Below are positions 35,854 to 45,910 of a stretch of 64,000 bases of DNA, piece after piece; the stretch's first letter is position 1; each line of letters opens with the position of its first letter. This DNA is from Chitinophagales bacterium. GTDB lineage: Bacteria; Bacteroidota; Bacteroidia; Chitinophagales; LD1. The position numbers were made by a program, and so were the translations under genes. Location of the stretch: the NCBI GenBank assembly GCA_044228435.1, contig JBGAUW010000011.1, positions 69,812 through 133,811 of the forward strand, given 5' to 3'. The notes under the pieces are model-generated. The model saw only the letters and a program-made list of their open reading frames with translations. It did no database searches and was not told the DNA's origin.

Positions 35854-37891
35854 ATGGCAGCAAATAAAAAACGCGAAATTTTAGTACGGGCCTATCTGGG
35901 CTTCGCGTTTATATTCTTACTGGGCATGGCTATTATTGGCCGCACGTTTTATATACAAACGGTGCAGGGCGAACACTACCGCTCGCTGGCTGATTCGTTG
36001 ACTATTTTTCCTAAAACTATTTTAGCCGAACGTGGAAATATTTACAGCCAGGATGGACGTTTACTGGCTACCACTTTACCAACCTTCGATTTGCGTATAG
36101 ATTTTAAAACTACCTACACGCACCCCGAAATATTTAAAAGTAACATCGATTCGTTGAGCATTTGCATGGCGGCTATGTTCCCCGAAAAAACCGCTACCCA
36201 ATACAAAAATGAATTGGTGCGCGAGCGCAAAAAGAAAAGCCGCTTTTACCTGCTTAAACGCAACGTAAGTTATAACCAACTGGCCGAAATGAAAACCTGG
36301 CCATTGTTCCGCGAAGGCCGATATAAAAGCGGTATGTGGGATGTGCAGATTGATAAACGCCTGAAACCATTTAACGGCCTGGCCGAAAGAACGATTGGTT
36401 TTGTAACCGATAGCGGACGCGTTAAAGTGGGCTTAGAAGGCAATTATAATACGGCACTTAAGGGTAAAGAAGGAACTATCATGGTTCAGAAAATTTCAGG
36501 TGGCGCTACTATACCCTTAGATAGTAAAGGCCGAAGCCGCTTTAGAGCGCACCTTAAAACACCACGGTGCAGGCCACGGTTGTGTGGTTTTAATGGAAGT
36601 TAAAACCGGCAAAATTAAGGCCATGGCTAACCTGGGCTTAATGAAAGATTCGGCGTATGGCGAAATACAAAATTATGCGGTGGGCGAATCTACCGAACCG
36701 GGCTCTACTTTTAAATTAGCTACTGCTGCCAGTTTGATTGAAGACGGCTTTGCTACTAACAACACACAGATATATGCCGAAAACGGTGAGTATAAAGTTT
36801 ACAAATTAACCATACACGACCACGAAGCACCCGAAACCCCATCACTTACGTTAAAACGCGCAATAGAAGTTAGCAGCAACGTAGTAATGGCCAAGCTGGC
36901 TTTTGAAAATTACCAATCGGCACCTGAGAAGTTTTATAAGCACCTGGATGATTTTGGCTTTACAAAAGCTATTGATATTGAATTGCCGGGTGCCGCTAAA
37001 CCCATGTTGGCTAACCCTAAAAAATGGAGCGGTGTATCGGCAGCTTATATAGCGCATGGTTATGAGATTCAGGTTTCGCCACTGCATACACTTATGTTTT
37101 ACAATGCTATTGCCAATAATGGTCGCCTGGTAAAGCCTTATTTGGTAGATAGAATAAAAGAGTACAACAAAACGGTTGACTCCACTACCACTACTGTTTT
37201 AAACGAGCGCATTTGCAGCGAAAAAACAATACAGCAATTGCAGGAGATTTTGAAAGGTGTGGTAGAAAACGGAACGGCTACCAACCTTAAAACCGATTAC
37301 CTGCATGTAGCCGGTAAAACCGGAACTGCTGTAATTGCGCAAGGGGCTAGCGGTTATAAAAACGGCGGACGCAAAGTTTACCAGGCAAGCTTTTGCGGAT
37401 ACTTTCCGGCAGAGAACCCGGAGTATAGCATGATAGTGGTTATCAATTCGCCATCGCAAAATGGATACTACGGTAACGTGGTGGCGGGCAACATTTTTAA
37501 AGAGGTAGCCGATAAAGTGTATTCGCTTTCGCTGCACATGCAGCCGGCTATTAATAAGCAAACTGCAGAAAATAAAATACCGGTTATACAAAAAGCAGCA
37601 GCGGGAGACCTGGCAAGTATCTACAAGTTTTTAGGCGTAAACATAGATGCCGTAAACAGTGAGTGGGCTACCGTTACAAACAGCGGCAACGGTGTATCGC
37701 TAACTGAAGATGAAATAGCCGGCAACATGGTACCCGATGTAACCGGTATGAGTTTGAAGGATGCCCTTTATCTTTTAGAGTCGATGGGTATGCGCGTGCG
37801 GGTTAGCGGCCACGGATATGTAATGAGCCAAAGTGTAGCAGCAGGAGAGAAGTTGTTGAAGGGAATGAGCATAAATATTGAGCTTAAATAA
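35854..37891 (+). CDS. ftsI: FtsI/PBP3 transpeptidase with PASTA domain, split into two ORFs (35854-36603, 36584-37891) by an apparent deletion/frameshift at 36529/36530
   Basis: RGNIYSQDG dimerisation domain; EPGSTFK (SxxK), SSN (SxN), KTGTA, C-terminal PASTA (VPDVTGMSLKDA). Confidence 0.9.
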
Positions 37892-37896
37892 ACCAT

Positions 37897-38211
37897 GTGC
37901 CGATGCTTTTACTTGATAGTGGAACACAGGAAGTATTAAAGACAGGGGGCGAATTGGTAGTAAATGGGTTTGATGCGATGTTTCGGTTAATAATGTGGTT
38001 GATAGGGATAATTGTTGTGCTGGTAATTTTAATAGTGGGAAGAATAATTTTTACTGCAACAAGAAGTGAGGATAATAGCTTGGACGAAGAGGGCGAAAAA
38101 ATACTGGAAGAAGAGTATGGCTTGAAAAGTGAAAAAGAAGCAATGCAGGATGAATTGGAAGAATTAAAACGCGAAAACGAACGATTAAAAAAGGAGTTAG
38201 AGAATAAATGA
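37897..38211 (+). CDS. Hypothetical bitopic membrane protein with acidic coiled-coil tail
   Basis: One TM (LIMWLIGIIVVLVILIVGRIIF), ELEELKRENERLKKELE; ATGA overlap with murD. Confidence 0.65.
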   Translation: MPMLLLDSGTQEVLKTGGELVVNGFDAMFRLIMWLIGIIVVLVILIVGRIIFTATRSEDNSLDEEGEKILEEEYGLKSEKEAMQDELEELKRENERLKKELENK

Positions 38212-39548
38212 AAAAGCAAAGGCTCGTAATACTTGGTGGTGGCGAAAGCGGTTATGGTACCGCCGTGCTTGGCATTAAGCAAGGCTACGAGGTATTTGTA
38301 AGTGATGGTGGTAAGATAAAAGAGATTTATAAAAAACAGTTTGAAACGCAGAAGATAGAGTTTGAAGAAGGCAAGCACACCGAAGAGAGAGTATTGAACG
38401 CCGACCTGGTAATGAAAAGCCCCGGCATACCCGAAAAGGCAGAGCTGGTGAAGAAGCTGCGCAAGGCGGGTGTGAAGATTGTGAGTGAAATAGAGTTTGC
38501 CAGTTGGTTTACCAATGCACAAATAATAGGCATTACCGGCGCCAATGGTAAAACAACTACTACCGCGCTTACTTACCATATAATGAAACAGGGCGGCTTA
38601 AACGTTGGCCTCGGAGGTAACATAGGCCAAAGCTTTGCTTACCAGGTAGCAACTGAAAACTTCGACTACTACGTGTTAGAAATATCGAGTTTTCAGTTGG
38701 ATGATATTGAGAAGTTTCGCCCGAACATAGCGATACTAACCAATATTACACCCGACCATTTGGACCGGTATAACTACGAGCTGCAAAACTATGTGGCCAG
38801 TAAGTTTAACATAGTAAAAAACCAAACGGCTGCCGATATTTTCATTTACTGCGCCGATGATGAAATAACCGTTGCTAACATGGATAAATATCCAACAGCA
38901 GCAAAAAAAATACCCTTTGGCTACGATAAAGAATTTGCCGAAGGCGGATTTGTAAAAAACGAAACCCTAACAATTAACATAAACCAAAACCAATTCACTA
39001 TGAGCATTCAGGAACTCGGATTAACAGGACGTCATAACGTCTACAATTCATTAGCAGCTGGGATAGTAGCTAATGCTTACGGACTGCGGAAGGAGCAGAT
39101 TCGTGAAAGCCTTGCCGATTTTAAATCATTAGAACACCGGATGGAAAGCGTAGCTAAAGTGCGCAACATCGAGTTTATTAATGATAGTAAAGCCACCAAC
39201 GTAAACAGCACCTGGTATGCGCTTGAAAGCATGACTAAGCCGATTATCTGGATTGCCGGCGGTATAGACAAAGGAAACGACTACACCGTAATGGAGCAGT
39301 TGGTAAAAAAGAAAGTAAAAGGTATGATTTGCCTGGGTGTAGATAACACCAAGCTGCACTCTGCCTTTGGTAAAATGGTAGACATAATGGTAAACGTTAC
39401 CAATATGAAAGATGCCGTGCGTATGGCTTACCAGTTAGGTAACCCCGGCGATTGCGTATTGCTTTCTCCATCGTGCGCTTCATTCGATTTATTCGAAAAC
39501 TATGAAGACAGAGGCCGCAAGTTTAAAGATGCAGTAGTGCAATTGTAA
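38208..39548 (+). CDS. murD: UDP-N-acetylmuramoyl-L-alanine--D-glutamate ligase
   Basis: GGGESG, KSPGIP, GITGANGKTTT, LEISSFQL, DHLDRY, NDSKATN, LSPSCASFD. Confidence 0.97.
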   Translation: MKKQRLVILGGGESGYGTAVLGIKQGYEVFVSDGGKIKEIYKKQFETQKIEFEEGKHTEERVLNADLVMKSPGIPEKAELVKKLRKAGVKIVSEIEFASWFTNAQIIGITGANGKTTTTALTYHIMKQGGLNVGLGGNIGQSFAYQVATENFDYYVLEISSFQLDDIEKFRPNIAILTNITPDHLDRYNYELQNYVASKFNIVKNQTAADIFIYCADDEITVANMDKYPTAAKKIPFGYDKEFAEGGFVKNETLTININQNQFTMSIQELGLTGRHNVYNSLAAGIVANAYGLRKEQIRESLADFKSLEHRMESVAKVRNIEFINDSKATNVNSTWYALESMTKPIIWIAGGIDKGNDYTVMEQLVKKKVKGMICLGVDNTKLHSAFGKMVDIMVNVTNMKDAVRMAYQLGNPGDCVLLSPSCASFDLFENYEDRGRKFKDAVVQL

Positions 39549-40060
39549 GAAGAAGCAAGAGGCAAGACGCAAGAACCAAGACTAAATTCAGAAAAGATAG
39601 AAAGGTAAGAATAAAGAAATTATATTTTTTATGGCCAGCAGGCATAACTATAAAAACTTAGAGGTGTGGAAGAAGGCAAGGGGCCTTGTGAAGGATGTTT
39701 ATATAGTTACAAGAGACTTCCCTACAGATGAGCGGTTTGGTTTGACTTCTCAATTTCGAAGGGCTGTTGTTTCAATTTCTTTAAATATAGCCGAAGGTAG
39801 CGGTCGCTCTACCAATAAGGATTTTAGTCATTTTCTGGACAACTCATTTGGTTCTGCACTGGAAGTTGAAAATCTCATCTTTTTGTCTTTAGATCTTGAA
39901 TTTATTTCTCAAAAAACGCATGATGAATTAGTAGAAAAAGTAACAGAAATCCAACGAATGTTAAAGGGCTTTCAGGCTCAATTGAATAATAGCAAAACCG
40001 ACTTCCTGAAATCGGTTGTATTATCTCTTGGTTCTTTGCTCTTGGTTCCTGGTTCTCAAT
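39549..40060. repeat. Inverted heptamer arrays flanking the four-helix-bundle gene
   Basis: AAGAAGCAAGAGGCAAGACGCAAGAACCAAGA (~39549-39581) and TCTCTTGGTTCTTTGCTCTTGGTTCCTGGTTCT (~40024-40057). Confidence 0.75.
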
Positions 40061-40065
40061 TCTAA
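39631..40065 (+). CDS. Four helix bundle protein (IVP/TIGR02436-like)
   Basis: YKNLEVWKK, FPTDERFGLTSQFRRAVVSISLNIAEGSGR, FLDNSFGSALEVEN. Confidence 0.93.
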   Translation: MASRHNYKNLEVWKKARGLVKDVYIVTRDFPTDERFGLTSQFRRAVVSISLNIAEGSGRSTNKDFSHFLDNSFGSALEVENLIFLSLDLEFISQKTHDELVEKVTEIQRMLKGFQAQLNNSKTDFLKSVVLSLGSLLLVPGSQF

Positions 40066-40068
40066 CCT

Positions 40069-41322
40069 ATGTTATACTATATTTTCAAATTTCTCGATAC
40101 CCAGTATAACTTTCCCGGTGCGGGTTTGTTTAACTTCATATCGTTTCGTGCTTCGGCGGCGGTGCTGCTGTCGTTGGTTATTTCGCTGGTATATGGCGGA
40201 AAACTGATAGCTGCGTTAAAGAAACGTTTGATAGGCGAAACTATTCGCGAGCTAGGATTAGCAGGCGAGAATACCAAAAAGGGAACGCCTACCATGGGCG
40301 GGCTTATAATACTGGGTTCTATACTGATACCTACTTTACTTTTTGCCAAACTGGATAATGTATATATCATCCTGATGCTTATTACCACGGTGTGGCTCGG
40401 TTTAATTGGTTTTGCCGACGACTACATTAAAGTATTTAAGAAAGATAAAAAAGGCCTTGCCGGTACATTTAAAATTATTGGCCAGGTGGGCCTGGGAATT
40501 ATAGTAGGTACTACGCTTTACTTTAATAAAAGTGTAATTACCAAAGAAGAGATACCGCAGGGTGACGTTTACAAATACAGCAGCGAACAGATTACCAAAG
40601 TAACCGACGATAACCTGAAGGTGCATTACATGCTTACGGAAAAAGCACCTACCACTACCATTCCGTTTGTAAAAAGCCACGAGATTGATTACTCGGTTAT
40701 ACTATGCGCTATTAATAAGGATTGGTGTCAGTATGCCTGGCTTATTTTTATACCGGTAGTTATTTTTATTATTACGGCGGTCAGTAACGGAGCTAACCTA
40801 ACCGATGGAATTGACGGGCTGGCTACAGGCACCAGCGCTATTATAGGGGTTACGTTATTGGTGTTTGCGTATGTGTCGGGTAACATCATCTTTGCCGATT
40901 ACCTGGATATAATGTACATACCCAACTCGGGCGAGCTTGTAATTTTTATTGCAGCTTTTGTGGGTGCCTGCATTGGCTTTTTGTGGTACAATGCATACCC
41001 GGCACAAGTGTTTATGGGCGATACCGGTTCATTGGCGTTGGGAGGTATAATTGCCACGCTGGCAATTATTATCCGTAAGGAGTTATTGCTGCCGGCCATG
41101 TGCGGTATATTTTTCTTAGAAACAACCAGTGTAATGATGCAGGTAAGCTATTTTAAATACACCAAGAAAAAATTTGGCGAGGGTAAACGTATTTTTCTAA
41201 TGAGCCCCCTGCACCATCACTATCAAAAATTAGGCTGGCACGAAAGTAAAATCGTATCTCGCTTTTGGATTATAGGCATACTGTTAGCGATTTTAACACT
41301 GGTTACTTTAAAGATACGATAG
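40069..41322 (+). CDS. mraY: Phospho-N-acetylmuramoyl-pentapeptide transferase
   Basis: [41 protein letters not shown]. Confidence 0.97.
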   Translation: MLYYIFKFLDTQYNFPGAGLFNFISFRASAAVLLSLVISLVYGGKLIAALKKRLIGETIRELGLAGENTKKGTPTMGGLIILGSILIPTLLFAKLDNVYIILMLITTVWLGLIGFADDYIKVFKKDKKGLAGTFKIIGQVGLGIIVGTTLYFNKSVITKEEIPQGDVYKYSSEQITKVTDDNLKVHYMLTEKAPTTTIPFVKSHEIDYSVILCAINKDWCQYAWLIFIPVVIFIITAVSNGANLTDGIDGLATGTSAIIGVTLLVFAYVSGNIIFADYLDIMYIPNSGELVIFIAAFVGACIGFLWYNAYPAQVFMGDTGSLALGGIIATLAIIIRKELLLPAMCGIFFLETTSVMMQVSYFKYTKKKFGEGKRIFLMSPLHHHYQKLGWHESKIVSRFWIIGILLAILTLVTLKIR

Positions 41323-41342
41323 TTGAAGGGCGGCTGATAATA

Positions 41343-41387
41343 TCCCTCTTTGGAGAGGGAGGTTTCGCGAAGCGAAACAGGGAGAGG
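41343..41387. repeat. REP-like unit (TCCCTC-N-GAGGGA + hairpin + GGGAGAGG)
   Basis: Same architecture as 42986-43036 and 52415-52467. Confidence 0.6.
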
Positions 41388-41466
41388 AAAGACAAGAAAG
41401 AACAAAAGACTGTATTAAATAAAAGAGTGAGCTACAATATTTCGGCCAGAGCAGCCGGCGTTTTTT

Positions 41467-42933
41467 ATGAAAACTTTAAACGACATACTAAACAATATCC
41501 CCGTTCTTGAATCTACCGGTTCAACGGATATTGCTATTGTGGCTTTGCAAATGGATAGCCGTAAGGTAAAAGCGGGCGATTGCTTTATTGCGGTGAAGGG
41601 TACGGCCAGCGATGGACATAGTTATATAACTAAATGTATTGAGCAGGGTGCAGTAGCCATTGTTTGCGAGGTATTACCTGAGCAGTTAATAGAAAACATT
41701 ACTTACGTAAAGGTGGCCAACTCGGCAAAGGTACTGGGCCTTATGGCAAGCAACTTTTACGATAATCCATCGGCGAATATGAAAGTGGTGGGTGTTACCG
41801 GTACTAATGGTAAAACATCTACGGTTACCTTGTTGTTCCGCCTGTTCCGCAAGCTGGGCTATAATGTGGGTTTACTATCCACCGTTCAAAATCAGATTAA
41901 TGAGACTATAATTGAAAGCACGCACACAACGCCTGATGCTATTTCGCTAAATGCACTAATGGCGCAAATGTTTGATGCGGGTTGCGAATACTGTTTTATG
42001 GAGGTAAGCAGCCATGCTGTGGATCAAAGCCGTATTGCCGGGTTGCAGTTTACCGGTGCTGTGTTTACCAATATTACGCACGACCACCTCGATTACCACA
42101 AAACTTTTGAGCATTATATAAAAACCAAAAAACGGTTTTTTGATGAGTTGCCCAAAACTGCTTTTGCCCTTACCAATATCGACGACCGCAACGGCAATGT
42201 AATGCTGCAAAACACCAGAGCGGCCATACATACCTACGCTTTAAAAAGCCCCGGTGAGTTTAAATGCAAAGTGATTGAGAATAATGTGGATGGCTTGCAG
42301 TTGGAACTGGATGGTATAGAAATGCATACGCGCCTGATAGGCGATTTTAATGCTTACAATCTTACTGCTGTTTATGCAGTGGCTCGGTTATTAGGTGTAG
42401 ATAAGCAGGATGCCTTAACTGCCCTTTCGGCACTTACGCCACCTGAGGGCCGGTTCGACCAGATAATTTCGGTTAAAGAAAAAATAGTGGGCATAGTTGA
42501 TTATGCGCACACACCCGATGCGTTAAAGAACGTGTTGCAAACCATACAAACCGTGCGCAGCGGCATTGAAAATGTAATTACCATTATAGGTTGCGGCGGC
42601 GACCGCGATGCAGCAAAGCGCCCCATAATGGCCGAACTGGCCTGCCGGTATAGCAACAAAGTAATACTTACCTCCGATAATCCGCGCAGCGAAGACCCCG
42701 AGGAAATATTAAGACAAATGAATGCCGGTGTGCCGGTAACCGATAAGCGCAAGGTGCTTACCATTACCGATAGAAGAGAAGCTATCCGCACTGCTGTTTC
42801 ATTAGCGGGCAAAGGCGATATTATTTTACTGGCAGGCAAAGGCCACGAAAAATACCAGGATATAAAAGGGGTGAAAACGCACTTTGATGATAAAGAAGAA
42901 TTGATAAATGTGTTTAAGGAGATGGGAGTTTGA
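41467..42933 (+). CDS. murE: UDP-N-acetylmuramoyl-tripeptide (meso-DAP) ligase
   Basis: DSRKV, GVTGTNGKTS, HTTPDA, MEVSSHA, DHLDYH, DYAHTPDAL, DNPR, AGKGHE. Confidence 0.97.
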   Translation: MKTLNDILNNIPVLESTGSTDIAIVALQMDSRKVKAGDCFIAVKGTASDGHSYITKCIEQGAVAIVCEVLPEQLIENITYVKVANSAKVLGLMASNFYDNPSANMKVVGVTGTNGKTSTVTLLFRLFRKLGYNVGLLSTVQNQINETIIESTHTTPDAISLNALMAQMFDAGCEYCFMEVSSHAVDQSRIAGLQFTGAVFTNITHDHLDYHKTFEHYIKTKKRFFDELPKTAFALTNIDDRNGNVMLQNTRAAIHTYALKSPGEFKCKVIENNVDGLQLELDGIEMHTRLIGDFNAYNLTAVYAVARLLGVDKQDALTALSALTPPEGRFDQIISVKEKIVGIVDYAHTPDALKNVLQTIQTVRSGIENVITIIGCGGDRDAAKRPIMAELACRYSNKVILTSDNPRSEDPEEILRQMNAGVPVTDKRKVLTITDRREAIRTAVSLAGKGDIILLAGKGHEKYQDIKGVKTHFDDKEELINVFKEMGV

Positions 42934-42985
42934 GAAGTAAATAGGCAATAGTGAATAGTAAATAGTGAAAGGCAATTGGCTGTTT

Positions 42986-43036
42986 ATCCCCCTCTGGAGG
43001 GGGCGCCGCGAGGCTTTAGGAGCGGTGGGGGAGGAT
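42986..43036. repeat. REP-like unit flanked by heptamer arrays
   Basis: ATCCCCCTCTGGAGGGGGC...GGGGGAGGAT; (AATAGTR)n before and (ACTGCCA/ATTGCGA)n after. Confidence 0.65.
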
Positions 43037-43123
43037 GGGTGATTGAGGAGTAGAACTTGTGATTTTTAATTAACGGCAACCTTCTGCAAACTGCCAATTG
43101 CGAACTGCCAACTAATTTGAACT

Positions 43124-44290
43124 ATGAACAAAGCAATTGAAACAGGCTGGGAATACCTGCGGGGCGACAAGGTGATTTGGATGATAGTTATCTTCCTTTT
43201 CATCTTTTCTATGCTGGCGGTATACAGTGCCACGGGCACCCTCGCTTACAAAATGCAGGTGGGTAACGAGAAGTATTTAATGAAGCAGATTGTAATGGCC
43301 CTGGGGGGTATATTGCTGATGTTCCTTACCCACATGATAGATTATAAATACTATTCGCGCATTGCACAATTGCTTTGGCTTATCAGTATCCCGCTCCTTA
43401 TTTATACTATGTTTTTCGGCACAGAACTAAACGACGCCAGCCGCTGGATAAAGCTACCGGTGCTTGGTTTTACTTTCCAAACCTCCGATTTGGCCAAGCT
43501 CGCCCTTATTATGTTTTTGGCGCGGCAGCTATCTTTAAAGCAAGACCAGATTACCGATTTTAAAGAGGCCTTCATTCCTCTGCTACTGCCTATTGTGCTT
43601 ACCTGTTTGCTAATAGCGCCCGAAAATCTTTCAACCGCAGTTATACTTTTTTGCACCTCGGTATTTGTAATGTTTATAGGCCGCGTGGCGCTTAAGCACA
43701 TAGCTATGCTGTTTGGCGTAAGTATGGTAGCCGGTGCCATCTTTTTTGCCTTGCTGTTTTTACTGCCCGATAATATGCTAAAAGGCCGTACGCACACCTG
43801 GCGCAACCGTATTGAAAACTTTACCCAACACCGAGATTCGGAGGATGAAGATTACCAGGTGCAGCAGGCAAAAATTGCCATTGCTAAGGGCGGCTTTTTT
43901 AAACTGAACCCCGGTGGCAGCGACCAGCGGAACTTTTTACCACAGGCATACAACGATTTTATTTATGTAATAATTATTGAAGAATATGGGCTGTTTGGTG
44001 GCGCCATGCTGGTATTTATTTACCTGTTTTTCTTGTACCGATGCGTGCGCATGGTAATAAAAGCGCCCAAAGCTTTTGGTGCCTTATTGGCGGTCGGTTT
44101 GGGTATAGCCCTGGTAACACAGGCCATGATAAATATGGCGGTGGCGGTTAACCTGGTGCCGGTTACAGGGGTTACGCTACCCTTGGTAAGTATGGGGGGT
44201 AGCTCGGTTATTTTTACCTCGCTGGCCTTTGGTATTATTCTTTCGGTTTCGCGAAATATTGAAGACGAAAAGGCGTTAGCTACCGAATAG
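43124..44290 (+). CDS. ftsW: FtsW SEDS peptidoglycan polymerase
   Basis: ASRWIKL, FQTSDLAK, PQAYNDFIY..IIEEYG, PVTGVTLPLVSMGGSS. Confidence 0.95.
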   Translation: MNKAIETGWEYLRGDKVIWMIVIFLFIFSMLAVYSATGTLAYKMQVGNEKYLMKQIVMALGGILLMFLTHMIDYKYYSRIAQLLWLISIPLLIYTMFFGTELNDASRWIKLPVLGFTFQTSDLAKLALIMFLARQLSLKQDQITDFKEAFIPLLLPIVLTCLLIAPENLSTAVILFCTSVFVMFIGRVALKHIAMLFGVSMVAGAIFFALLFLLPDNMLKGRTHTWRNRIENFTQHRDSEDEDYQVQQAKIAIAKGGFFKLNPGGSDQRNFLPQAYNDFIYVIIIEEYGLFGGAMLVFIYLFFLYRCVRMVIKAPKAFGALLAVGLGIALVTQAMINMAVAVNLVPVTGVTLPLVSMGGSSVIFTSLAFGIILSVSRNIEDEKALATE

Positions 44291-44324
44291 AATTTTTTTA
44301 GTTCTTAATAGAAGTAGTGCACGA

Positions 44325-44666
44325 TTACAAATCAGAAATATTGATCTCTTTTTGTTCGCCGGATTTTAATTGAAACGTGACAGGTTGTTCATAGCGTTGG
44401 ACTCTATTGTCGTTGTTTGTAACGTGAATTATGTATGTGCCTGCTTTTAAATCAGGAAAAATGGCATCTCCATTGTTGTCTGTTTGTTTAGTTGAAACAG
44501 TAACTCCGCTACCATACATTAGTTCTGCAGTTAGATTCACTAATTTAGTGGTTGTTAAATCGGGATTAATGGTTGCCACGTTTACTTTAAGTGAACCTTT
44601 TTTAGTGCAAGACTGGATGACTACTACAAAAATAAGTAAGCATGTAATTGTAAATATTTTTTTCAT
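44325..44666 (-). CDS. Small lipoprotein (prealbumin/carboxypeptidase-regulatory-like fold), antisense within dcw
   Basis: Lipobox VIQSC; QTDNNGDAIFPDLKAGTYII pattern. Confidence 0.7.
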   Translation of the reverse strand: MKKIFTITCLLIFVVVIQSCTKKGSLKVNVATINPDLTTTKLVNLTAELMYGSGVTVSTKQTDNNGDAIFPDLKAGTYIIHVTNNDNRVQRYEQPVTFQLKSGEQKEINISDL

Positions 44667-44731
44667 GGGTAATTTCGTTTAGTGCTCTACTAATTACGGT
44701 AATAATACTGAGATTTTAAAATGGCGAAGCC

Positions 44732-45859
44732 ATGAGCGATAAAACGGGTATAAGCAATCAAACAATGTCATTCAAAGCAATCATATCAGGCGGCGGCACC
44801 GGCGGGCATATATTTCCGGCAATTGCCATAGCCAATGCTATCCGCAAAAAGTATCCTTCGGCCGAAATACTTTTTGTAGGCGCCAATGGCCGTATGGAAA
44901 TGGAAAAGGTGCCGCAGGCAGGTTATGAAATTAAAGGCCTTACCATCGCGGGCTTCCAGCGCGGTTCTATTACTAAAAACCTAACGCTACCTTTCAAACT
45001 GGTGGGTAGCTTGCTTTCGGCATATAATATAGTGCGCAAGTTTAAACCCGATGTAGCTATAGGTGTAGGCGGGTATGCCAGCGGGCCTCTATTACGCGCA
45101 GCCGCTTTTGCCGGTGTACCTACCGTTTTGCAGGAGCAAAACTCATTTGCCGGCGTTACCAATAAAATACTGGCGCGCACTGCCAAAGTTATATGCACAG
45201 CTTACTATGGTATGAACAATGTGTTTCCGGCCGATAAAATTGTGCTTACCGGTAACCCGGTGCGCGATGTGATTGTGCGCATGAATGCAGATAGGAGAGA
45301 AGCCTGCAATTACTTTAGTTTGAACGAAGAGAAAAAGACCATACTTATTATAGGCGGCAGCCTGGGTGCCAAAACGCTGAATAAAAGTGTAGAAGCTGCC
45401 CTTGAAAGAATAAAAGAGAGCGATGTGCAAATAGTTTGGCAAACAGGCAAAGTTTATTTTGATGAATGCCGCGAGGTGGCTAAAGGCATACACAACCTGC
45501 ATGCGCACATGTTTATTGATAGAATGGATTATGCCTACACGGCGGCCGATGTTATTATAAGCCGCGCGGGCGCACTCTCTATTTCCGAATTGCAAATAGT
45601 GGGCAAGCCGGTTATACTGGTTCCATCACCCAATGTAAGTGAAGACCACCAAACCCACAATGCCATGGCTTTGGTGAATAGAACGGCTGCCTTAATGATT
45701 AAAGACAGCGAAGCAAAAGTAAACCTGATAGGAGCCGCTTTTGATTTACTCGACAACGAATCGTTACAAAAGCAACTGAGCGATAACATTAAACAAATGG
45801 CCATACCGGATGCAGCCGATAGAATTGTAGAAGAGATAATGAAAGTGGTAAAAAAGTAG
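44732..45859 (+). CDS. murG: Undecaprenyl-PP-MurNAc-pentapeptide GlcNAc transferase
   Basis: GGGTGGHIFPA, GGYASGP, EQNS, GNPVR, GGSLGA, SRAGA, HQTHNA. Confidence 0.97.
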   Translation: MSDKTGISNQTMSFKAIISGGGTGGHIFPAIAIANAIRKKYPSAEILFVGANGRMEMEKVPQAGYEIKGLTIAGFQRGSITKNLTLPFKLVGSLLSAYNIVRKFKPDVAIGVGGYASGPLLRAAAFAGVPTVLQEQNSFAGVTNKILARTAKVICTAYYGMNNVFPADKIVLTGNPVRDVIVRMNADRREACNYFSLNEEKKTILIIGGSLGAKTLNKSVEAALERIKESDVQIVWQTGKVYFDECREVAKGIHNLHAHMFIDRMDYAYTAADVIISRAGALSISELQIVGKPVILVPSPNVSEDHQTHNAMALVNRTAALMIKDSEAKVNLIGAAFDLLDNESLQKQLSDNIKQMAIPDAADRIVEEIMKVVKK

Positions 45860-45910
45860 TTGTTACTTTTTAAAGCATTTGTTGTAGCATTGGGTTCCTA
45901 ATTAAGATTA

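Noticed and set aside
39631-40065. Diversity-generating retroelement (Avd homolog)
   Set aside because: No reverse transcriptase and no TR/VR pair with adenine-specific mismatches nearby.
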